Origin: Cyanidioschyzon merolae | Taxonomy: Eukaryota | Strand: one strand, 5' to 3' | DNA: 64,000 nucleotides | Assembly (NCBI GenBank): GCA_000091205.1 | Contig: AP006498.2 | In this document: one piece after another, positions 41,947-51,575 of the stretch | Layout of the letters: each line of letters opens with the position of its first letter | Numbering within the stretch: the first letter of the stretch is position 1 | The notes under the pieces: generated by a model | Seen by the model: the letters and a program-made list of their open reading frames with translations, nothing else | Database searches by the model: none | What the model was told of the DNA's origin: nothing | Translations under genes and position numbers: made by a program

Positions 41947-43560
41947 TTACGCTGTGCTCTGGGCGGCGCCAAGCGCCATGGCTAAGAGCTGCAAAAGCAC
42001 CTCTGCAACGATGAGAATAATGATGATCCACTCTAATCGATGCTCGGTTCGAACGTGAACTTCATCACGGAAAAGCATAAACAGATCCTTGAGGATTTCG
42101 AGCCGTTGGTTCAGGAGTTGACCCCTTTTTTCGGTATCCAACCAGCGAGCTGTTCGCTCATAGAGCGGTTCGACCTCTTCATTCTCCCAAAACCAATCCG
42201 GTGTTCCTAGCAAATCTGTCTGGAGATTAAAGTAGCTTCTGTACAAGTGTACCTCGCCGCTCATGCGCATGACATCGCGAGCACCTAGCCGAAGTTCGCC
42301 GAAACGCACCAGGTCCAGTGGCACATTGCCACAGCGCTCAATCAGAAGATCGACACTGTTCTCGAAGGAGCCCAGCTTGCAAGACTGGGCCAGTGCGTGC
42401 GAGATACCCGCTTGGACCTGAACCAACTCTTCGTCGCTGAGGTCGGCCTCCTCTAGTTGCGTCCATTCGTTTTCCGCTTCAGCGTTTGGATCTAAAATCG
42501 CCGCTGGAGGTGCTGCGATTCGCATGCCAACGAGCTGAGAGCGCTCGACCAACGCCCCCGGGAGCATGATGTTGTCGTTCTTGATTCGGGCCTTATCTGC
42601 CTCGTAACTATAAGTGTAGGTGAAGAATTCTTTCTCCATTTCCGCAGGTGATAACTGACCGTTTTCAAACGCTTGGAGCCAGTCTAAAATGCCCCATTCG
42701 CCAGCTTCGGATAATCCCCAACACACGAGGGTACCATACGAGAAGAAAAAGATAGCAGCGCCAGCGACAACATCTTCCACTTCTTGGTTATCGTCAAGCG
42801 CAAAGCTCGGGTCCAGCGCCTCCTCTGCGTCCATCGTTCTCCACGACGGGTCCATGGTGCGATTCATGCGCTGCCTCGCGAGACCTGCTCGGTTCTGCTG
42901 ATCGTTTGGCGGGGATGCTGTTGTTGGCAACATCTCGGTGTGTTCGTCACCGGATCTATCGTTACCACAAGGGAGCCTGCTCCCTCGAGCGTCTTCCCCG
43001 GATCGGAGAAGTTCTCGAATAGCGCCAATACGGCGTCGACTTGGGCGCCTCTGGAGCAGAAGCAGGTCTCGCGATAGACGCCGTACCGTCAAGTTGGCTT
43101 TCGAAGTTATCTGCTGCAGCGCTGCGTACAGCGCCCGCAAGTCATACGTTGTGCACGTGCAGTATGTGGATAACCGACCAACAAAGCCAAGTGCTGCTTT
43201 CTCGCGCAGAGGTTCCTCCCGCTCGAGACGTGCACGATGTCGGAGGCCGGTTTTGCGAGGCAGCGGCATCGTCGGCGTCGGCGCCGCCCCAGACGGGTTC
43301 CCGACACCACCGCCAGCAGCGCTCGGTGCTACTAGCCCGGAAACATGCGCTGGACCTGTGGTTCCAGCGCCCAGTGCAGCCGGTTGAGAGAGGTCTAACT
43401 TGATCTCATTGGGTGTTGGCAGCGTCCCTGCGGCTGGTGCACCAGAAGCACCAGCCTGGAACGAGGTTTGGCTCGGCGGTAACCGCGTCTCAGGTGTGCC
43501 ACTGCCGATCGCTGAGGCAAACTGTTTCAGAAGCGCCGTTCGCTCACTTGGCGCCGACAT
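41947..43560 (-). CDS. DUF155 / RMD1 (required for meiotic nuclear division 1, YagE)-family protein with long disordered N-terminal region
   Basis: C-terminal 280 aa (FFSYGTLVCWGLSEAGE ... YTYSYEADKARIKNDNIMLP ... ISHALAQSCKLGSFENSVDLLIERC ... LYRSYFNLQTDLLGTPDWFWENEE ... RLEILKDLFMLFRDEVHVRTEHRLEWIIIILIVAEVL) fit the DUF155 pattern including C-terminal TM helix. Confidence 0.65.
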   Translation of the reverse strand: MSAPSERTALLKQFASAIGSGTPETRLPPSQTSFQAGASGAPAAGTLPTPNEIKLDLSQPAALGAGTTGPAHVSGLVAPSAAGGGVGNPSGAAPTPTMPLPRKTGLRHRARLEREEPLREKAALGFVGRLSTYCTCTTYDLRALYAALQQITSKANLTVRRLSRDLLLLQRRPSRRRIGAIRELLRSGEDARGSRLPCGNDRSGDEHTEMLPTTASPPNDQQNRAGLARQRMNRTMDPSWRTMDAEEALDPSFALDDNQEVEDVVAGAAIFFFSYGTLVCWGLSEAGEWGILDWLQAFENGQLSPAEMEKEFFTYTYSYEADKARIKNDNIMLPGALVERSQLVGMRIAAPPAAILDPNAEAENEWTQLEEADLSDEELVQVQAGISHALAQSCKLGSFENSVDLLIERCGNVPLDLVRFGELRLGARDVMRMSGEVHLYRSYFNLQTDLLGTPDWFWENEEVEPLYERTARWLDTEKRGQLLNQRLEILKDLFMLFRDEVHVRTEHRLEWIIIILIVAEVLLQLLAMALGAAQSTA

Positions 43561-44159
43561 AAGCCGCTACCCTGCGCTGAGAAGCGAGGCCTGTGTCCCG
43601 CGACTAGGCGCAGGTACGCCTCAGATCCAGTGCCTGCAGATGACGCCATGGATGTTGTCAGGAAATGTCGCATTTGGCGGGATGCTTGCTTTTTGGTATT
43701 TATGTCCATTATTATCTATACGTTTTCAGATTGCCTTTTGATGATATTTATTGGGCAGGCGGGTTCCTCCTCGCCGGCCAGGGATCCTCGATCGCGCCCT
43801 TGCCACGAGCACGCAGCGGCGTATTCCGCGTACCGCGCCCTATTGCCGAGTACCACCGCGCGCACTTTCCCTCGGAGATATGAATTCGTTTCCAGGTTCT
43901 CATCGGTGTTCGATACTGCCTTGAGCTGCGCTGCACCTTCTACGATGCAGTTTCCAGTGGCGTTGGTAGCAGATGTCGAGTAGACGAGCATCGCTGGACA
44001 CCGGTTACGCCCGACAGAACGCGGATCCGTCTGAGCGTGGCATCATCGTTGACCCTTTTATAGAAAGTGGAGGATCTTTTTCGCACGAACCGGGCCAGTC
44101 TGGACAGCGCGATGCCTAAAGGTATTCGGGAGCCCGTCTGGAATGCGGAATCGCACGAT

Positions 44160-45600
44160 GCTGGTCGACGATTATTGTTCGTGAAACAAAAAATGTCCCA
44201 CGACTATGAAGGGTAAAATGAATACCCGAGTGCAGATGCCTCCCAGCCGTTTCTTGACCAGCCGCCTGCTAACGACATCAGCTTCTCGTTATGATAGCAT
44301 CGGAAGCCGCCGGACGAGGGTCGCTCGCGTGAGCTCCTCGGGTCTCGTCGTCAGCACCTGGCATTGTCCGATATTGATAGCAGCATTCAAGTCTCGGTTC
44401 GCGAACTCCCCGCGTGCATTGGCGCTGGCTGAAGTCATCAATGCAAGGATTCCTCGAACTCGTGTCCTCGGTGCCATTTGGTGCTCGGCCAGCGCTCCGT
44501 ACCATTCTGTCGCCGAAGCGCTGCGCGGCCTTCTCTCCATCTCGACGTTCTGAAGTGACCACCCCAGGTCATCCAATAGATTATGTATTTCTTGCATATA
44601 AATGCTCTTGTTTCTGTCCTTAGGTGAGGACGTTCCCGAAGGGAGACGGATTTGCGGAAGCAAGACCAGATGTACCCTGGTGCCGCCATGTGCTTAGCGC
44701 TTTAGCGATTCAACTAGTGGAGCGATCATTACGTTTCATGGTAATAACACTCCTTCGATGGGGTTCAGCTGCAGGTTGTACTGATGCATGAAAACCAGCT
44801 CTTCCCCGATAGAATCAGCAAATGCTCGGACGCGAGGGATGTGCTCAAATGCCTCGTGGTACAATAGAAGCAAGTCGCGAAACGTTACACGAAAAGTCTT
44901 TTATTTATCGACAAAGTGGTTGCTGCTGATATATGAGCGTTTTCTACGTGCGAAACTAAGACAGCCAAATGAATTCTCTATAGCTAATACAGCTGATGTC
45001 GTCGTTCTCTTCGGGATCGTTGATATAGTCAGCCGGCTCCCTGATCCGCGAATACCCACAAACGTTCCGACAGTTTCATTCGAAGCAATTCTCATCAACT
45101 AGAGAAAAAAACCAACGTCCCTTGGCTTCGTATCGATTCCGACGTTCCAGAAACGCTGTAGGTGCAATTTCTGTGGAAGGTGGCCGTGCGTGATCTACGA
45201 CTCTTTTTTGCGACTGAATCCTAGTGTTTACGGGACCGCACGAACGAGCTGTTGCGAAACAGAGAAGCCTGTGGCGGTTACGATCGCCGCTTTTGCTATT
45301 TGCGTAAGATGCTCAACCGGTCCTTTTCTACCATTGACCACAAGCACGCTTTAAGAATACAATTCTCTGCCCAAGGCGCGTATACTTGTTTCGTTCTGTG
45401 TTCCTCAACCATCTGAGTACTGTGGTATAACTGTGCTTATGGAGGAATGCAGACCTCTTCGCACTGCTCAGTAACGAATGCATCCTACAGGCAAGTCACC
45501 CACGATCTGTTCAAAACATAACATCATGACTTCGATCACCTGCGATAACCTGCAAAAAGAGCATTCGGTAACACGCAGGCGTGGTTGAGTAAAATTGAGT
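44160..45600 (-). mobile_element. decayed Fanzor (TnpB-like) element copy 2; RuvC-I Asp replaced; conserved 3' tail ends about 44180
   Basis: minus-strand peptides LQNVEMERRPRSASATEWYGALAEHQMAPRTRVRGILALMTSASANARGEFANRDLNAAINIGQC (RuvC-III), ETVGTFVGIRGSGSRLTISTIPKR (RuvC-I with D to I); tail GAGAAGCTGATG..GGCGGCTGGTCAAGAAACGG..GGGACATTTTTTGTTTCACGAACAATAATC. Confidence 0.65.
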
Positions 45601-46377
45601 TTCCAGAATATGACTAGTGCTGAGCATGCGATAACCGCCCCAGTGCATCCCTGAACCTTCAGCGGCATCTGCAAGGTGGTGTTTCTCTTTGGATGTCAGA
45701 TCTGACTCAGCGCCGGTCAAATGTGCAGCATTGATATGGACGCCGTGTCGAGTCCCCGCAGCTGGATGGATGAACTGAATGATCTCATGACGAGAACTTG
45801 CCATGTCTTTCAAAATTCGACGAGAGGACACATTTTTGCGACTTTGGGTCCTGTCACGCTCCTGGGCACTTCTACGAGCCGTCATCGTCACTGACATTGC
45901 ACCGTAAACATCACAGAGACATACGCTGTGCTTGTGGCGCTGGTCAATTCCACCGATGGTACGGGGGCCGAAGACCAAAGCTCCTCGCTTGCAGCGGATC
46001 TTTGGGAAATCGGTAGGACGATGAGGGTCTCTGTGTTTTCGCGATAATATGATGAACGCTGCGATATCAAAAAGCAGCGCACTGTAGTCGTCAACCAGTT
46101 GCCCGGGAAAGTCGTTTCTGGTGTATGCATGCGGCTTCCCAGGCTCGCTGTATCGCTGATTGATCCAGACGAGTGGCTTGTTCCCGGCAGCGACGAAGAG
46201 AGGCACAGCATCGATCTCAGCTGCGTAGTCTTCGAACGCTTTTGAGCGATGAAAAACGATACTGTCTACGATCAGGACAGAATAATTTACGAAGCAGTAC
46301 CCACGACCTGCTTCGACGGAATGATGGCATGTTGAAGGAGCTTGGCCATTCAGTGATTTGCAGGCGACCACACACAA
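45511..46377 (-). CDS. endonuclease/exonuclease/phosphatase (EEP, ExoIII/APE-like fold) family protein
   Basis: 288-aa ORF; C-terminal motif order and spacing typical of EEP: GVHINAAH (GDxN-like) about 85 aa from the end, WGGYRMLSTSHIL (RxDYxL-like) about 45 aa from the end, AGDRSHDVMF (SDHxP-like) at the end; CKSLNGQ near N-terminus; N-terminal motifs weak. Confidence 0.4.
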   Translation of the reverse strand: MCVVACKSLNGQAPSTCHHSVEAGRGYCFVNYSVLIVDSIVFHRSKAFEDYAAEIDAVPLFVAAGNKPLVWINQRYSEPGKPHAYTRNDFPGQLVDDYSALLFDIAAFIILSRKHRDPHRPTDFPKIRCKRGALVFGPRTIGGIDQRHKHSVCLCDVYGAMSVTMTARRSAQERDRTQSRKNVSSRRILKDMASSRHEIIQFIHPAAGTRHGVHINAAHLTGAESDLTSKEKHHLADAAEGSGMHWGGYRMLSTSHILETQFYSTTPACYRMLFLQVIAGDRSHDVMF

Positions 46378-46833
46378 CTGAATCGTCGCTAGGGCGGATT
46401 TCGTCGGAATGCTCGCTTGTCTCCTCTATACCAAAAACCGTATTCGGGTAATGTTTTTCAACACGGCCAGATCTGTTTCCAATGCACAACGTTCAGGGCG
46501 AGGACTATGTTATGAGTGGTTCATCCACCTGCTCACCATAAAACGACTGAGTTTTACAAGCGGCGCCGTTTTCCCGCACGCTCGCCGTGATAGCCTCAAG
46601 CCGATTCGTCACCTCCCTCCAGTCTACAGCACACATTCCCACCATTGAATACTTGTGAGAAACACGAATCAAATCATCAAGAGCGTGCTGGTCCAGGTAC
46701 TCCAGGATTCAGTGCTCGCAGCGTAACAATACTAAGGCCAGGCGAGGGAATCTCGAGCCGAGCACTCTTACGAGCACTCAGCGGTTCAGGTTTCCAGCGT
46801 GTCGTCGGCGGTTGTTTTCAACCCAGATACCAT

Positions 46834-47850
46834 CTATACGTCTTCACCCTGCGAAACTGGTGCCCCTCGAGCTCTCTTCGCACCAACTGTTCGTTTCCTC
46901 TTCGGTTCAGGAGCTTCGGAGCCTTCGAGTCCTTGCTCTGTAGTCGAGGCATCAGCACATAACCAGTTCTCCTTGTCTTGCGTGATTCGATGTTGGACGC
47001 GCTGGACGGCGTCACACATGCACTCTAGCTGCTGCTGATACGCACGCCAATCCTCAGCTGACATTTGTCGCCTTTCTGCAAATCCTGGCAGCACGATATG
47101 ACCTAAACTTTCAAGTTGAACCCAGTGACGCGTTGTTGATGGCGAAGTTGCGGCTTGCAACTGGAGCCACTCTCCGGCAAGGAGCTGGTGCAGTCGTTGC
47201 TGCTGGACCTCAGGAAGAGATTGCAGCAGAGTATGAACGTCTTGCCACTGCTGCTCACGAGACAAAAGACGTAGTTCGAACTCTGCTTCACGAACACGCG
47301 TTTCAGGGAGGGCGAATCGTTCGCGATTTTCGCGCAGGCGTGCAACGACCACTTCTCGAGAGGGATTCGGACCCTCGTTGATTACTAAACCCATCTTCGT
47401 CTTCGCCCCGGCCTTGATTTTTTCCCTGTTCACTAAGAAAACCTCAGCCGGATCAATCTGAAGCCCAGTAAACTCTGCGAGCGATTGCTGTCCCAGGAGT
47501 TTTTGCGTTTGCAGGTTCAGTTGGGAGATCGTCTTGCCGACAAGGTACCCGCTCTGTACTATCTGGGACCAGCGCCCAACACCGTGCACCATCAAACACA
47601 GACGCAAGCGGTGAACCTCGTCTCCAGTCCATCCAGGCGACAAACTAAAGTTCCAAAGAGACAAAGCGTGAGGTGCAGCGGGCCCTGGCTTCATGTCTCC
47701 CTGCAGGAGCACAAGCCCAGCGTCTCCAAAGCGTTGACCGGAATTTTGGCGCCAGCATGCGTCGACTGTTGCTGGCGTTTTGCGCGCCAAACTCGGGCGT
47801 TGAACTTTTGTTGTGCGCTTGAGAGCCTCGCCGGCATCTTCGTGACGCAT
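46834..47850 (-). CDS. Myb/SANT-domain protein with coiled-coil region
   Basis: WTGDEVHRLRLCLMVHGVGRWSQIVQSGYLVGKTISQLNLQTQKLL fits the Myb/SANT repeat (W..EE..L....G.G.W..I......GRT..QC); Q/L/E-rich C-terminal half. Confidence 0.4.
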   Translation of the reverse strand: MRHEDAGEALKRTTKVQRPSLARKTPATVDACWRQNSGQRFGDAGLVLLQGDMKPGPAAPHALSLWNFSLSPGWTGDEVHRLRLCLMVHGVGRWSQIVQSGYLVGKTISQLNLQTQKLLGQQSLAEFTGLQIDPAEVFLVNREKIKAGAKTKMGLVINEGPNPSREVVVARLRENRERFALPETRVREAEFELRLLSREQQWQDVHTLLQSLPEVQQQRLHQLLAGEWLQLQAATSPSTTRHWVQLESLGHIVLPGFAERRQMSAEDWRAYQQQLECMCDAVQRVQHRITQDKENWLCADASTTEQGLEGSEAPEPKRKRTVGAKRARGAPVSQGEDV

Positions 47851-48681
47851 ATAAACATTAGGATTCAGCGAGCTTTCTTCGCGAACAGGCCCAGACGCGT
47901 AGATTCAACTTTGTACTATTGAGCATACGTTTGACTGCGCTCGGTGGGGGTTTGTGTACGAGCGGGTGTTGCCAGGTTGTCACTTCAACTTGAAGCAGCA
48001 CGAGTCTCGCGTGTTGGCACTCGGGTCCACGTTGGTGTTCACGAGACCGCTGTACGTACCCGTACTGTGGCAGGAAGGTGCATTATTTGCGCCTCTCGTT
48101 CTGAAACTGCGTAGAGTGTGTCCGCGTGGTGCGAGCTGGCCCGAAGCAGCCTTCGCTTGCGCATCGCCTCAAGCGAGTGTGCTGGTGCACTTGACTCGAA
48201 GAAGCTCTGAGCGGGACGATCCGGATTTTTCGGTGCGTTCTACGTAGTGTTCACTTGTGGTGAACGATAACACCAGTGTGAACGGTTGGGTGGTACCGTG
48301 CGAAACGTTTCGCAAGAGGGCACAAACAGACGCGCTCATTGCCTTGTGCAGCAGCCGAGTTTGAACCGAGGCCGTTCCGGAATAGGTCTCGCTTCCTGTC
48401 TGTTCGCAATCTTCAGGCAAGTACAGTGTTGTTCAGCAGCAAAGCGCACACCGGAAACTACGCACCTTTTGTCAGTACGAAGTTATCATACCCAGTGCTG
48501 TGCTTGCGCCGGCGGTCTCATCGGTGACACCCGAATTCCCCGCTCGGACGTATTCGTGAGTTTCGCTCTGCAGAGTCACGCGCGGCAGCGTGGATTCCTT
48601 AGAGGGAACCACTCTGAAAGATTGGCGAGCTTCTCAAAAATCACTCGCGCGTACAGGGCGTAGCTCGAGCTATTTGAATAA

Positions 48682-50274
48682 ATGACGAAGCAGGTCTCCG
48701 CTTCGAATGCATTCGATACTGTATTGACGGCAGCACGTTCTGCAAAGAAGGAATCACCGCAAACTGACTCGTCAGCTTTGCAAGAGAAACACCGTAGAAA
48801 GCCTCGTGCTGACAAACGCTCTATCAAGCAGGAGCACACCCCTCTGGATACGGTTTCGTCATCTGATTCCGCGGCTCCCTACTGTTTGGAAAGTGTACCG
48901 CGGAATTCGAGCGATGGCGCACCGGGTTTGCAGCCAAACGGTTTATGTAATGTTGCGTCCTGGAAGAACATACAACCGCTTCGAACGTACGTGCACCAGG
49001 GCGCAGTCCACTGCCTTGTCATGAGCCCGTCGGGGAGCGTGCTGCTCTCGGCGTCGACTCGTGGCTCACTCTGCCTCTGGGATGCGCAAGTTGGCGACCA
49101 CATTCAGCTTCGGGAACTGCGCGATACCCGAGAACATGTCTTTAATCGATATATCGAAGAATATCTGACAGCTCGCTTTACCCCCGATGAACGGTATGTG
49201 GTCGCCGCCGGAACCCGACGAGATCGCCACCTTTGGGACTTTGACGAGTCTGATTGCAAGGTGGTGCCGCCTGCAATCAAAATATTCGATGTTGTGAGTG
49301 GCGAGGTCCTAGCCGACCTAGAGGGTCACCTAGAAGAAGTCTTCTGTGTCCAAATATATCGCGAGTTGGGCGATCATGGACCCTGGATGATGATGAGTTG
49401 CTCCCAGGACGGCACAGTCATACTCTGGCGGTTTGCCGCCAACGGTACCGCTTTCAACACTGCCACCAAAGAGCGTGTCATTTCGCTGGAAGCACTGGAC
49501 GTCGAGCAGCTTGATCCAAACTATGTCTCTGGTATCTCTTTGAGCGAGCCGACTGCACGAGATGCGATTCAAGCGCTGGCACGCCAAGTAGGTGTCGCGC
49601 CCAACGAGTTGAATGGCGAGTCCTACATCGCCACCTGGTGTGCGTTGCTGCCGGCTACCGCTGCGCGCTATGCGTTGGTATCCGTCGACACTGGACTGTG
49701 TGTACTCGACCTGAAAGCCGGTCGGGTGATTGCCAAGTTCCCAGCCCTATTCACGGCGATTTGCGATTCCTTTCTCGTGCTGGATGACGTCGACGAGGCT
49801 GGTACGCGTTACTTTTCGCTAGCGGTCCATGGCGTAGAAGCGCTCTCCGGCGACGGGCGCAATGCCGAACAGATTCGCCCCGATCGATGTTTGCTCTGTC
49901 GTCTGTACGTTCCAATGAAAGACGGTGATCAGTGGCGTCTGATCACGGAGCAAGAGCTCAGTCATTCAACGAAATACGTTTCCAATGTCTGGCCCTCTCG
50001 AATCAGTGCAGCTGCGGGGCAATGGGTTGCAGCGGGAACAGAGCACGGCACGGTTTGTGTTTGGGATCTCACAAACCGTGGCCAACATCTGCTGACCCTC
50101 GTGGGCTCGCACGACAATCAAAGCTGTGTGCGGGACCTTATCGTTCATCCAACACGGCCATGGCTCTATAGCGCTGCTGATGACGGTACCATTCAGGTTT
50201 GGGCGGTGCCTTCTCCGGCGGACGCCGGGGACCCGCATGCGCCTACCTCGAATGGCATGTGTGGAAGCATATAG
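48682..50274 (+). CDS. WD40-repeat protein
   Basis: 530-aa ORF; repeated WD-like blades (LSASTRGSLCLWDAQ, VVAAGTRRDRHLWDF, MMSCSQDGTVILWRF, AAGTEHGTVCVWDL, SAADDGTIQVWAV). Confidence 0.6.
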   Translation: MTKQVSASNAFDTVLTAARSAKKESPQTDSSALQEKHRRKPRADKRSIKQEHTPLDTVSSSDSAAPYCLESVPRNSSDGAPGLQPNGLCNVASWKNIQPLRTYVHQGAVHCLVMSPSGSVLLSASTRGSLCLWDAQVGDHIQLRELRDTREHVFNRYIEEYLTARFTPDERYVVAAGTRRDRHLWDFDESDCKVVPPAIKIFDVVSGEVLADLEGHLEEVFCVQIYRELGDHGPWMMMSCSQDGTVILWRFAANGTAFNTATKERVISLEALDVEQLDPNYVSGISLSEPTARDAIQALARQVGVAPNELNGESYIATWCALLPATAARYALVSVDTGLCVLDLKAGRVIAKFPALFTAICDSFLVLDDVDEAGTRYFSLAVHGVEALSGDGRNAEQIRPDRCLLCRLYVPMKDGDQWRLITEQELSHSTKYVSNVWPSRISAAAGQWVAAGTEHGTVCVWDLTNRGQHLLTLVGSHDNQSCVRDLIVHPTRPWLYSAADDGTIQVWAVPSPADAGDPHAPTSNGMCGSI

Positions 50275-51107
50275 TGCCGTTCGCTGATGACGAGTGCTCG
50301 TTGTTCGTCTATCGACACGATCATGGCGGCGCCCGAGCGTTTCGACTCGATGGTATCGTGGACCGGGTCGCCACCTGGATCGGACAGCTGTAGACAGTCC
50401 CGATTCCAGACAAGAGGCATGGAAACGGCCGACGTTACGGAAGCAGCTCCCGGGCGGGCAATGTCACGCTAAATTCGGGCTAGACGAGGTCGCTGCTTCC
50501 GATGCTAGGCTTGCGCGTCTTGGAAGGAAACGTATTGATCATCACACAAACATGCGGTTCGTACTGGAGTCCGTAGCTGTGATTCCCAAACTGAGGTAAC
50601 GGATCATTCCCGCACAGCCAGTGCATCGACGAACGCATCAGATACCTCAGGGTACGTTTGCGTGCCTGGAATATAAACGATAGCCCGCATTGGCTAGGCA
50701 GCTCTTTACTGGCCGCGTTGCAGCTTTGGTACCGCATCCGCAGTGTCCAGCATGCTCGCGGTGGGCGTTACTGGCTCGACGCGGCTCCCGCACCGTCCAC
50801 GCTTGTGTATCGAGCAGCGTCAGGTGCGCGCCCTGCGACGTAGACGCCGCTGCAAGAGACAACTCCTTCTTTTGCTCAGCTCGACGCTGGCGTCATGATG
50901 CAGGCTCGAGCGAGCGGGTGCGTGCTCACGCTTGAGCAACGAAAACGCGGCCAAGACGTTCCAGATGGCAGCATGCGCTTCTCCAGGTACGCGTGTCGCG
51001 TACGGTGTATCCGGCTTTGCGTCCAACAGCCAGCAGTTGCCCGCGTGTTCTTGTATGGATCTGGTGCTGCATTTGCTTCACGTATTCATTCCGAAGCATC
51101 CGAAGAG

Positions 51108-51305
51108 CATCGATAGATGCTGGCACTCGGGTGCAACAACAACAACAACAGCAGCGATCTATGCGCAAAGCAATATCCTCGTGTTACGGTAGCCGGGCAC
51201 TGTAGTCATCGATAGATGCTCGCACTAGGGTGCATCAACAACAACAACAGCAGCGATCTATGCGCAAAGCAATATCCTCGTGTTACGGTAACCGGGCACT
51301 GTGTT
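51108..51305. repeat. direct tandem duplication, 2 x 99 bp (about 93% identity) containing a (CAA)5-(CAG)2 tract
   Basis: CATCGATAGATGCTGGCACTCGGGTGCAACAACAACAACAACAGCAGCGATCTATGCGCAAAGCAATATCCTCGTGTTACGGTAGCCGGGCACTGTAGT at 51108 and near-identical copy at 51207. Confidence 0.85.
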
Positions 51306-51575
51306 CCGTGTGCCGTGCGAACTACAAGTCGTACGACATGCTCGACTCGCGTGCAAACTCCCAGTTCAGTACCAGGAAGCTCGACATCCTCGCCATGCGA
51401 TCTCTCTCAACACCGTTACGTCCCAGCGCGATAATCTCGAGGCACCAGCGGGTACCCGTGTCTCGTGTGTCCTCCTATCAGCGGTGACAGCAGTTGTCGC
51501 TCTCTGCTGATCAAGGCACCTATCCAATACTTTGCAATCGCAGTCAATCGTCGTCTAGTGCCTCCAGTGCACGGT

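Noticed and set aside
45511-46377. EEP ORF interpreted as the endonuclease of a non-LTR retrotransposon
   Set aside because: No reverse-transcriptase ORF or poly(A)/microsatellite tail nearby; the region is not repeated in the window. Kept only as a low-interest adjacency to Fanzor copy 2.
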